From NCBI GenBank assembly GCA_963663405.2, contig CAXXSM010000082.1, forward strand, positions 1 to 47,778: a stretch of DNA of 47,778 bases, written 5' to 3'. Shown here one piece after another: positions 39,215-47,778 of the stretch. The stretch comes from a bacterium (GTDB lineage: Bacteria > Hinthialibacterota > Hinthialibacteria > Hinthialibacterales > Hinthialibacteraceae). A program made the translations under genes and the position numbers. The stretch's first letter is position 1. Every line of letters starts with the position of its first letter. A model generated the notes under the pieces. That model saw only the letters and a program-made list of their open reading frames with translations. It was not told the DNA's origin and made no database searches.

Positions 39215-39249
39215 AGGGGGAACGCCGCAAGGCGTTCCCCCTTTGCTTG
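39215..39249 (+). terminator. Rho-independent terminator
   Basis: AGGGGGAACGCC-GCAA-GGCGTTCCCCCT perfect 12-bp stem with GNRA loop, followed by TTGCTT. Confidence 0.85.
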
Positions 39250-39355
39250 TGTAGTGGGCGCCGCGTATTCCTCATATGGGATAGTAATGTATAATTGATT
39301 ATTGCGGGAAAACCGGTCGGACAGATGAGTGTTCAGTATTGGATCGTATATAGTT

Positions 39356-40057
39356 ATGTATGAAATCGAAGAGAATATTAAACGAATACAGGAATCTATT
39401 TCTTGCGCCGCTGAGCGGGTTGGACGTAACCCAAGCGCTATCCGAATCGTTTCGGTGAGTAAGAGACATCCGGTTGAGAAAATTCAGCAGGCGCATCAAT
39501 TGGGGCTTCGCATTTTTGGTGAAAATCAGGTGCAAGAAGCGGAACGGAAGATTGAAACGTTGGCGGATTTGGATATCGAATGGCATCTGGTTGGACACTT
39601 ACAGACAAATAAAGTGAAAAAAGCCGCGCCCTTGTTTGATCTTATCCATTCCGTGGATAGTGTGAGACTCGTAGAGGCTTTGCAGAAAGAAGCGGCGAAG
39701 ATTGATCGAACGATTCCGATTCTTCTGCAGATTAATATCTCCGAAGAAGAGAGTAAAAGTGGCGTTCCTGTAGATGCGTTTGAATCGCTGCTTGCTTCAG
39801 TTAAGGAAGCGGACCGTCTCCAATGCCGGGGATTGATGACGATTCCACCTTATTTCGATGATCCAGAGGAAGCTCGGCCTATTTTTGCGTCATTACGGAA
39901 ATTGGGAGAGCAATATCAGGATGATCTCATTGAGCCCGGTAATTTTGTAGAACTCTCAATGGGAATGACTCACGATTTCAACGTCGCGATTGAAGAAGGA
40001 GCGACATTTGTACGCATCGGCACGGCGATCTTTGGTGAACGGCTTGTTCGAGTTTGA
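39356..40057 (+). CDS. yggS: YggS/PLPBP pyridoxal phosphate homeostasis protein
   Basis: IVSVSK, FGENQVQEA, WHLVGHLQTNKVK, GLMTIPP, LSMGMTHDF..AIEEGATFVRIGTAIFG. Confidence 0.95.
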   Translation: MYEIEENIKRIQESISCAAERVGRNPSAIRIVSVSKRHPVEKIQQAHQLGLRIFGENQVQEAERKIETLADLDIEWHLVGHLQTNKVKKAAPLFDLIHSVDSVRLVEALQKEAAKIDRTIPILLQINISEEESKSGVPVDAFESLLASVKEADRLQCRGLMTIPPYFDDPEEARPIFASLRKLGEQYQDDLIEPGNFVELSMGMTHDFNVAIEEGATFVRIGTAIFGERLVRV

Positions 40058-40184
40058 ACTGTCGCGGAACTCAATCATAAGTATATCGCTGAATTTCACT
40101 GGCGCTTCATATCTAATTATATTGACAAACAATTGCTTTGCAGTATTGAATGATTGGATGGAGTGAAAAGGAGGATCAAACAGA

Positions 40185-42707
40185 ATGCGCTCGCATTTGA
40201 TTATACCTGCTGTCATGGCGGTTCTTGCCGTCATTGTTTTAGCTGTGATCATTTTGATGCCTAGCCCGGAAACGGGTCAAAATCTGGCTGATGGAAATAG
40301 CGCTTTAACTGGAGCCAAGGCGACCCCTTCTCAAGAAACCGGACCGGCGCAAGACACACAAGAACAGATAACAAAGACAGCGGATGACGGTTCAAAAACA
40401 CTTACTGATACTTCCAAGGCCGAAGATTCTACACAATCGGGGAACGAAGATAAGCAAAGCGCTGAAGCCGTAAGCCAAGCGATTACATCGAACATGAACG
40501 CCATCCAGCGCTCGACACCCTCCGCAAATGATGTTACTACGGCGATGAATAAAGGATCGATCGCCGGGAAAGTCATAAACTTTAAAAATGAGCCGGTCGA
40601 AAACGCGCTGGTGAAAATTGTCGATTTTCGATCCGCGGCTACCGGTCCGGACGGCCTTTTCTCATTTAAAGATATCCAGGCTCCCTTTGTTACAATCCTT
40701 GTTTCTCATGGAGAATATGAGCAACTTACGAAAGAAAAAGTACCTGTGGGATCAGTAAACCTCAGCCTCGTATTAATTCAAGCCGGAACTTTGTCGGGCC
40801 GGGTGATCGATCAATTTAATGATCCTGTCGCTTACGCGGATATTAATATCCAGGCGTTAGAGGGCGTCTGGATGAGAAATATCAAATCAGACGCGAACGG
40901 ATTATTTCTCATTGAAGATCCCCCTCAAGCGAGGGTGAGGCTCAGCGCTACACAAGAGGGATTCCCAGATGAAGGCAAAGGAGCGCTCGAAGTTAATTCC
41001 CCTTCATCGGAAGAGATTGTCCTGCAGCTTGAACGGCCTTCTTTTTCGATTTCCGGCCGGGTAATTATGCAAGACACAAAAACCGGAGTCGCAAACTTCA
41101 AACTAATGGCGAAACATCAAGAAGCGAAATCAGATGAAGCGCCTACTGTAACACAAACCGATGGAAGCGGTTTCTATCAATTCGAAAAACTGAATCAGGG
41201 AAGTTATCTTGTGTCCAGCGCGGCGGATGAAAACGCGGCTCTTGGAGTCACGATCCCATTGGATCAAGACTTTAAAACTGTTCGCGTGTATGAATGGGAC
41301 GCAAAAAATGTTGATTTTGAAGCCGTGCCGGGACGGGAAATCGGTGGCGCCGTTTCAACCAATACCGGTCAACCGGTCTCCGGCGCGGAAGTGACCATTG
41401 CCCAGTACCCATCAGTAAAAGCCTATTCCGACAGAAATGGCCGCTTCCGCTTGACGAACGCGCCTGTTCTCTCACAAGGCGCTCAAACATCGGGTATGGG
41501 ATTCAGCGAGATTCGGATTCTCGCATCGCATGCGGAGTATGGAACCGGTCTCAGCGATCCGATCCCAACAGATCCGAACGCCGATCTTTCAAACATCAAT
41601 ATCATATTAGGAGGCGCGGCGAATCTGGATGGAACCGTGGTTGATACATCCGGCGCGGCGGTTGATGGGGTCCATGTTGTGTTGCAAGATCTAATGCAAG
41701 GCCGCGCTCAAGAAACGTTTACAGACGCCGCCGGCACGTTCCAGTTCAGCCAGATCTCAACCTCGAATCAGGATCTATCTCAATTCCGGGGCTCTCACAT
41801 TATCATTGCTGAAAAAGAAGGATACGCCAAATCGCAGCGTGAATTATTCATCCAAGCCGGTGAACCGCAGGCGGTTCAATTGGTGTTAGAGCAGGGAACT
41901 CTCATCAGTGGACGCGCAACGGATCAGAACGGGAATGGACTGCCCGGTGTGCAAGTGACCGCGCAGCTGCCCAAAGGTGGCGCCGTCACCGCAAATACAG
42001 ACGAAGTGGGGATCTATCAACTCAACGGGCTTCCCGAAGGCGTTTTTGATCTGCAGTTCCGCCTCTATTCACAACCGCCGCTCGCGGGAAATCTTTATCG
42101 GATTCCCGCCGGTACGCAGAACGCTGATGTCATGATGACGCCAAATGAATGGTCCGTTACGGGCACGGCGATCGATACAGAGTCGGGTGGAGTGATCAAC
42201 TATTATATGATCAGTATCGAAGGCAAACCACTAGATCCCCGGAGCCGCCCATTTGTCCAAACCCGTGTGATCAACTCACCTGATGGCACTTATCAAATCT
42301 CTTTAACCGAACCGGGATTGTATACGATGCGTTTTACCGCGAATGGATATGAGCCGTTTGAGCAGGGATTGGAAATTTCCGAAACAACGCTGCGCACACA
42401 ATTCAAAAACGCCAATATGCGGTCTGTACAAGGAACGGGAACAATCGCCGGTGTGTTTATCCCACCCGAAGGGACAACTTTCGCGGGGATCAATGTTATC
42501 GGTTTACAGTATTATCCTTTGCAGGGAAATCAATTCGTTCTGGAACAAATTCCAAATGGAAAACACAGTCTCTTGTTCTATGTGCAGGAAAATCCAACGA
42601 TGGCCCCACATGATATCGGCGCGATTACGGTCAACGTCCAAGCGAATCAAACAACCAATCTTGGAACCATGACTGATCGGCGGCTATCTCATACTTTCCG
42701 TCCGTAA
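40185..42707 (+). CDS. Membrane-anchored protein with tandem carboxypeptidase-regulatory-like (prealbumin-fold) domains
   Basis: N-terminal TM helix and low-complexity linker, then about 7 repeats of G.I.G.V.D..G.PV..A.V....TD..G.F. Confidence 0.82.
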   Translation: MRSHLIIPAVMAVLAVIVLAVIILMPSPETGQNLADGNSALTGAKATPSQETGPAQDTQEQITKTADDGSKTLTDTSKAEDSTQSGNEDKQSAEAVSQAITSNMNAIQRSTPSANDVTTAMNKGSIAGKVINFKNEPVENALVKIVDFRSAATGPDGLFSFKDIQAPFVTILVSHGEYEQLTKEKVPVGSVNLSLVLIQAGTLSGRVIDQFNDPVAYADINIQALEGVWMRNIKSDANGLFLIEDPPQARVRLSATQEGFPDEGKGALEVNSPSSEEIVLQLERPSFSISGRVIMQDTKTGVANFKLMAKHQEAKSDEAPTVTQTDGSGFYQFEKLNQGSYLVSSAADENAALGVTIPLDQDFKTVRVYEWDAKNVDFEAVPGREIGGAVSTNTGQPVSGAEVTIAQYPSVKAYSDRNGRFRLTNAPVLSQGAQTSGMGFSEIRILASHAEYGTGLSDPIPTDPNADLSNINIILGGAANLDGTVVDTSGAAVDGVHVVLQDLMQGRAQETFTDAAGTFQFSQISTSNQDLSQFRGSHIIIAEKEGYAKSQRELFIQAGEPQAVQLVLEQGTLISGRATDQNGNGLPGVQVTAQLPKGGAVTANTDEVGIYQLNGLPEGVFDLQFRLYSQPPLAGNLYRIPAGTQNADVMMTPNEWSVTGTAIDTESGGVINYYMISIEGKPLDPRSRPFVQTRVINSPDGTYQISLTEPGLYTMRFTANGYEPFEQGLEISETTLRTQFKNANMRSVQGTGTIAGVFIPPEGTTFAGINVIGLQYYPLQGNQFVLEQIPNGKHSLLFYVQENPTMAPHDIGAITVNVQANQTTNLGTMTDRRLSHTFRP

Positions 42708-42722
42708 TGGAAAAATAAGTTC

Positions 42723-44579
42723 TCATAACTCCACGATCGCCCATAATCCAACTTTTTTTAACTCAAATTGGATCGTCTCCCCATCGGTAGATACTGAAGT
42801 TTGAACTGGATCTTGATTGGGACTATAAATTGTGGCGGATTTGTAACGACTCCACTGGTTCGCTTTATTGAGAAGTTGTTTCTGAAGAGTGATCCGGATA
42901 TCCGCTGGGATGACGTCATCGCGTTCCAACTCGTAATTCTGATTCAAGATGTGGCATACAACCGGCCCGTCCGGATTGTATCGCAGAGATACGCGGATGC
43001 GATCGGCGCCTTCCACCGTGACTTGATTCTTGATCGCGGTGGGTAGATCTGCGATGCTTTTCCATCGTATGATTTTATCATTGCCGGTGATCTCTCGCAG
43101 CCGGTTTTCGCAATCCTCGTTCCCTACCAGAATCCATTGAAAATCCTTAAGATAGCGCTGATCCAATTTCACCGGTAATTCATCGTTGCCAGCTACAACG
43201 AGAGAATAGGGAATGTTGGCCCGCGTTAGTTGATTCGCCGCGTTCCGAATCGTTCCGTGACTTTCCGTGGAGTGAACCAGGGCTACGTTAGCAAGTGAGG
43301 TGGTTTCATCCAACAAAGAACGGCGCTCGCGGACAAACTGATAGAGATAAGCGAAATCTTCGGTTTTCCCGTTCCACCAATGCGTGCCCAATTCTTTTGT
43401 ATAGCACCATTGACGATGGGGGACCATGAACACACTGCCGAACGCGTAGGTTTGGGCGATCCATGTGCGAACGAAACCGGGTTTCTCATGAGCTTTGATC
43501 CAAGCCCAATCATGTCCCGACGCGGTGGCGGTCTGCCTTCGTCCCAGCGCTTCGACCATTTTATACACGAAGACTGGATTGGATGGAGTCTGTTCACCCT
43601 CGGCGCTGTGCGGAACTTCACCACAGAAATAGTCGATCACCGGCGATGGGATCAATGTCCGTGGTGAAGACGCGCTGGAGTTTATACTGCGAAGTAATGG
43701 TTTGCCACGAAGGCGCTCCGCGAATTCAAACACATCGGATATCCGTTCGATCATCCGCGCGTTCTGAAATGTTTGAAATTCATCGATGAGAGGGCAGCTT
43801 CGATGCCGGTTCTTATAATCGTCCGCTGTAATCCCTTTTGATTTAAGAAATTTTCCATAATCGAAAGATTCTATTTGTTCGATCTCCATTTTCGTCAATT
43901 CTTCCGGTGAATACTTTTTTTTTAGATATTCGCGGAATCCTTTCATGCAGAAGGGACAGAAACAACCGCCATTATAGGCCGAAGAGGCGGATGAGCCGCT
44001 GTAATCATCAATATGCAGCCCATCGATCGGCGCGAGACAGGCTCGTTCCGCCTGATTGCGCAGATAGACTTGATATTCTGGATTATTCGTGCAGAACCAA
44101 TAAGCGGGATGGCCTTCGTGTTTATGATCCCAAAGCCAGGGCACACGGAGCGGGGCGCTATCGAGATCCCGGCTGACCGCGTCCATGAACGAATCAGGGC
44201 GAAAATCAATGAATCCACCGAAATCGACTAAAAAATCGACGCTCCCGCAGTATTTCAAACCTCTTTTATGCGCCTCTTCGACACGATTCTTAAATCCATC
44301 GATCGATTGTTCTGTTTTCGAACGGGGCCGTCCACCCCATCCTACAATCGTTCCATGATAATCGCTGTATTTGGACGGTGTGCCGGATGAATACATGAAG
44401 ACAACATCGCTCGGTTGAATAATCGGCCGTTCGTTGGAAGGCTCACCCGCTTGGACTATAAATCCATTAAGAAATCCAAATAGACATGTTGCGAATAGGA
44501 TAGTTATTAAGCTGGAATTATTATCTACGTTATGATGTAATCGATAGGCTTTTCGTTGTATTATGGTTTTAATATTCAT
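42723..44579 (-). CDS. Secreted glycoside-hydrolase-like TIM-barrel protein with Cys cluster (GH42-like)
   Basis: Signal-like ITILFATCLFGFLNGFIVQA; WFCTNNPEYQ, IDGLHIDD, GCFCPFCMKGFREYL. Start uncertain. Confidence 0.6.
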   Translation of the reverse strand: MNIKTIIQRKAYRLHHNVDNNSSLITILFATCLFGFLNGFIVQAGEPSNERPIIQPSDVVFMYSSGTPSKYSDYHGTIVGWGGRPRSKTEQSIDGFKNRVEEAHKRGLKYCGSVDFLVDFGGFIDFRPDSFMDAVSRDLDSAPLRVPWLWDHKHEGHPAYWFCTNNPEYQVYLRNQAERACLAPIDGLHIDDYSGSSASSAYNGGCFCPFCMKGFREYLKKKYSPEELTKMEIEQIESFDYGKFLKSKGITADDYKNRHRSCPLIDEFQTFQNARMIERISDVFEFAERLRGKPLLRSINSSASSPRTLIPSPVIDYFCGEVPHSAEGEQTPSNPVFVYKMVEALGRRQTATASGHDWAWIKAHEKPGFVRTWIAQTYAFGSVFMVPHRQWCYTKELGTHWWNGKTEDFAYLYQFVRERRSLLDETTSLANVALVHSTESHGTIRNAANQLTRANIPYSLVVAGNDELPVKLDQRYLKDFQWILVGNEDCENRLREITGNDKIIRWKSIADLPTAIKNQVTVEGADRIRVSLRYNPDGPVVCHILNQNYELERDDVIPADIRITLQKQLLNKANQWSRYKSATIYSPNQDPVQTSVSTDGETIQFELKKVGLWAIVEL

Positions 44580-44686
44580 ATTCTTTACTTTCTTTTTTAT
44601 TTGTAAAATGATCATGAAACTCACTCCTGCTTTTCGTATATAATACACTTTTCAATTGTTCCTGTTCAGGTAAACAGGTATAGGAT

Positions 44687-44776
44687 TTTGAATCACGGAT
44701 TGCACGGATAACGAGTGATGAGCGCGGATTCTTTTTCCGTGAAATCCATGAATCTCCTAACCATCCGTGATTCAAA
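44687..44776. repeat. 90-bp palindromic element with 14-bp terminal inverted repeats (copy 2)
   Basis: TTTGAATCACGGAT(44687-700) ... ATCCGTGATTCAAA(44763-76), with inner CACGGAT/GCGGATT and TCCGTG/AATCCATG subrepeats. Confidence 0.85.
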
Positions 44777-44865
44777 CAAGTGAAACGCAGAGATTAAGGT
44801 TCAGACAAGCAGGGTGCGATTCCTTTTGAATAGTTGCTTACAAATTCCATTATCTGGGGCGTAAA

Positions 44866-46083
44866 ATGAATAAAATTACTTTTCGATCGTCATTTTGGCT
44901 GTGTTTCATCGTTTTATCAATTCTGATTACGTTCTCTTTAGCTGTCTCTATAGTATTAGCGGAGCCATGGTATCAGGCGGAACTGATCTTTGAACCGGAG
45001 AAAAGGCACAACCATAGTTCTTCGATTGTGGAAACGCCGGGAGGTGATCTGCTGGTCTGCTGGTACAATGGATCTGGGGAGCGCAAAGCGGATGACTGCC
45101 TAATCCAAGGCGCACGGATGAAACATGGTTCGCGGAAATGGAGCCCTCGATTTCAATTGGCTGACACGCCGCTCTATCCCGACACCAATCCCTGTCTCTT
45201 CTTCAATTCGAAGGGGAAACTGTTTCTCTTCTACGCCACAATCTTGAATAACCAGTGGGCGGGCGCGCTGTTGAAAGTTCGTACCTCTACTCATATCGAC
45301 GGGATGGACGGCGCGCCTCGTTGGGACTGGCAGGATATCATTCATGTCACGCCAAAGGATTTTCATCTTGATTTTCTTTCCACGGTTGGAAGCCATCCAG
45401 AAATGCTGAAAGGATACGATGAACGAGAGAGTGATTTTGATGAAATTCTCCTAAAACTTCGCGATAAATTATCAAATCGTCTGGGGTGGTTCATGCGGGC
45501 GCATCCCATAGAGATTCCAGGGACGAACAAGATGATCGTGCCTCTCTATAGCGATCTCTATGACAATTCGCTGATGGTCTGGACTGAAGATGAAGGCCAA
45601 ACCTGGAGCACAGGGAAGCCGATTATCGGCTATGGAGCCGTCCAGCCCAGCGTAGTGCGGAAAAAGAACGGCGCCTTGAATGCGTTCATGCGTGACAACG
45701 GCGGTTTTGGATACATCCAATTCGCTGAATCAACCGACGAAGGCGCCACATGGTCCCCCGCGCGTACCCTCGATATTCCCAATCCCGGCGCAAGCGTGGA
45801 AGTCATCTCACTGACAACAGGCGAATGGATCATGGTCACAAACGACACAAAGAATGGACGTCACAGCCTCGTTGTCATGGCATCCCCAGACGAAGGCTCT
45901 ACATGGCCTTGGATACGTCATTTGGATAAAGCGGAGCGGGGAAAGGGATCGTTCTCCTATCCCTCCGTCATTCAAGCGCGTGATGGGAATATACATGTTA
46001 CGTATTCCTATGTGCCCGGTGGGGGATTGGAAAGCATTAAACACGCCGCGTTTAATTTAGAGTGGGTGAAGGCGGGGGATTGA
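44866..46083 (+). CDS. BNR/Asp-box repeat sialidase-family protein, secreted
   Basis: Signal peptide; HNHSSSIVE, Asp-boxes TEDEGQTWS, STDEGATWS, SPDEGSTWP; FSYPSVIQARDGNIHVTYS. Confidence 0.85.
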   Translation: MNKITFRSSFWLCFIVLSILITFSLAVSIVLAEPWYQAELIFEPEKRHNHSSSIVETPGGDLLVCWYNGSGERKADDCLIQGARMKHGSRKWSPRFQLADTPLYPDTNPCLFFNSKGKLFLFYATILNNQWAGALLKVRTSTHIDGMDGAPRWDWQDIIHVTPKDFHLDFLSTVGSHPEMLKGYDERESDFDEILLKLRDKLSNRLGWFMRAHPIEIPGTNKMIVPLYSDLYDNSLMVWTEDEGQTWSTGKPIIGYGAVQPSVVRKKNGALNAFMRDNGGFGYIQFAESTDEGATWSPARTLDIPNPGASVEVISLTTGEWIMVTNDTKNGRHSLVVMASPDEGSTWPWIRHLDKAERGKGSFSYPSVIQARDGNIHVTYSYVPGGGLESIKHAAFNLEWVKAGD

Positions 46084-46177
46084 ACGTTTTTGACGCTAGA
46101 GTATCGATTGACGCGCGTGGAATTAACGCAAGGGCAGATAAAAAACCTTGCCCTTGCCACCCCTTCGTGAGTATCCA

Positions 46178-47443
46178 CTATTTAGGTAAAGGAACTGGTT
46201 TCGGGAGTTTGTCGGCGAATTTAAGGGCCTCTTCAATGAAGATTTCGCCGGTCATTTCTCCCAGCGAAGTCCGTGTGATGTATTCATACCGTTCAAAACT
46301 ATCGAAATCTTCCTTGGTTAATATATAGCCGAACGCGTCGTTGGTGAGACCGAAGAGTAGATTGTGTTCACCGTGCATTTTGCGTTTTAGATAGTAGCCG
46401 ATGTTAGGAAGCGCCTCTCCTGGGATTGTTAGAATCTGCGAGTTCCCCAAATTGACTACGTTGATTTGAGTTGATACCTGACCGTCTTCCCGCATCGGGT
46501 AATTCAACGGTGACGCTTTGAGAATGGCTTGCATAATGGGAGAATCGATCGGGAAAAGGACCATCTCCGCCGCACAGAAAAGAACGGGATCGATCTGCTC
46601 CGGCGCATCGGCGAGGATGCGCAGCGCTTCATCCGCCAAGGTTTCGCCGATACGGACGCATTCTTCCCATGTTTGAATGTCTCTTCCGTCCGCCCCCCGG
46701 CAATCCGCCGTGACCATGCCCCCTTGGGCGCTGTTCATGAAGAGAGTAAGCCCCCCGCCTTTTGTTTCGATCCGGTCATACAGCGGCCCGATACAATCGG
46801 GGCTGAGAATCCCCTGCTTCGATCCAATCACTTCCGGATGGATAGCGTAATTAACCAGCGTAGCGATGGGGCGGCCATTGTGATCGAGCGTTTGGATGAC
46901 GTGACAGCGGGGATCATAGAGTTTCTCCGCATAATAATTGTACGCGATCTTTCCCTTCGCCTTGCCCGTCCCTATTTTGATTGTGGCGGGTTGAAGCGCG
47001 TCAGCGGCTTCTTCGATCGCTTCCACCATCTTTGAGCAGACTGTTTTTAAGTAATCCAAATCCGCGGAAGTTTCTCCCCGTTCATTAGGAAATCCATAGC
47101 AATCCGGCGCGCTGTGAGTATGTGTCACGCCGATTAGAATATTCTCCGATGGGATCGTATCGATTTGCGCGCGCACCCGGTCGCCAAGGACCGCGGGGAA
47201 TCCGAGAAAATCCGCGCAGACAATCGCAACGCGCGTGTCATGATCTGTAAGAACCAATGCCCGGACGGTAAGATCTCCCTTTTTCGAGTGAGTGGGCTGC
47301 GAAGGCCCAATGCCTCCCGAAACGGGAAGCAGTGGATCGGGCGTAACAATCCTGTACGCAGCCCCTGCGCGAAATTCCGCATTAACGGATACGGCAAATA
47401 CTGCGGCTAAGATAAGACTAAGAAATAGATATCGTATTTTCAT
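46178..47443 (-). CDS. Neutral/alkaline ceramidase-like secreted hydrolase
   Basis: Signal peptide; FRAGAA...TP, DLTVRALVL, THTHSAPD, NYAIHPEV, TIPGE, GLTNDAFGYI. Confidence 0.75.
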   Translation of the reverse strand: MKIRYLFLSLILAAVFAVSVNAEFRAGAAYRIVTPDPLLPVSGGIGPSQPTHSKKGDLTVRALVLTDHDTRVAIVCADFLGFPAVLGDRVRAQIDTIPSENILIGVTHTHSAPDCYGFPNERGETSADLDYLKTVCSKMVEAIEEAADALQPATIKIGTGKAKGKIAYNYYAEKLYDPRCHVIQTLDHNGRPIATLVNYAIHPEVIGSKQGILSPDCIGPLYDRIETKGGGLTLFMNSAQGGMVTADCRGADGRDIQTWEECVRIGETLADEALRILADAPEQIDPVLFCAAEMVLFPIDSPIMQAILKASPLNYPMREDGQVSTQINVVNLGNSQILTIPGEALPNIGYYLKRKMHGEHNLLFGLTNDAFGYILTKEDFDSFERYEYITRTSLGEMTGEIFIEEALKFADKLPKPVPLPK

Positions 47444-47633
47444 GGGTTCATTGAATCCTTTCACCGGCGTTATATAAAATAGGAGCTTAATCCCTTTTGT
47501 TATACCCGGCCAGGGTCCCTTGAATCGCTTCTAGATTCTGCGATAGTGATTTTTTGAATCTTTTCGGTTTATCAGGAAAGAGAATACAGAAAACATTGTA
47601 AGGAATTACATTTTTTTTTAGGATAGTTAATTC

Positions 47634-47776
47634 GTCTGAACCATGATTTAAAAGCCAGCTAAAAACCGCCACCGCGCGGCGTTGTCGTTACTGGCGCTGT
47701 CTTAAAAGGATTATAAGATTACCATGATTAAAAAAATCAAGAAAATCAGGAAAATCAAGCGAATCAAGGTTCAGAC
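47634..47776. repeat. Related palindromic element (copy 3) with a nested 47-bp insert
   Basis: GTCTGAACCATGATT ... AATCAAGGTTCAGAC (14/15 inverted match); GATT and AATC subrepeats at about 9-nt spacing; TTAAAAG duplicated at 47648-54 and 47702-08. Confidence 0.8.
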
Positions 47777-47778
47777 AA

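Overview
Bacterial chromosomal segment of about 48 kb with around 40 CDSs and two tRNAs. It holds core genes (plant-type leuCD, rpsB-tsf-pyrH-frr, yggS, tRNA-Val/tRNA-Asp), many secreted glycan- or sulfate-active proteins, two complete toxin-antitoxin pairs plus a HicB remnant, and a ~13.5 kb surface-glycan modification locus. That locus has a B12 radical SAM enzyme, methyltransferases, two paralogous sulfotransferases and glycosyltransferases, and is interrupted by an AT-rich tcmP + DUF5131 cassette. The protein style (orphan prepilin-type protein, PTETP linkers, FPDPxF-type LRR protein) recalls Hinthialibacterota/Sumerlaeota-like candidate phyla; this is an unverified impression. The most notable signals are: (1) a shared C-terminal [VC]-E-x-W-x-x-[YH]-stop motif on two unrelated secreted proteins, a candidate sorting signal; (2) a cohesin domain with a dockerin nested inside it, next to a cohesin/PT-linker/propeller protein; (3) HicB-like domains fused to both sulfotransferases; (4) a metazoan-like GCGEQ + His thioester protein; (5) a family of ~89-bp terminal-inverted-repeat elements, one carrying a nested insert flanked by a 7-bp duplication. 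A cluster of homopolymer frameshifts at 14.3-19.4 kb, including in essential pyrH, is most likely long-read sequencing error. All family assignments come from motif recognition by eye, not from database searches.
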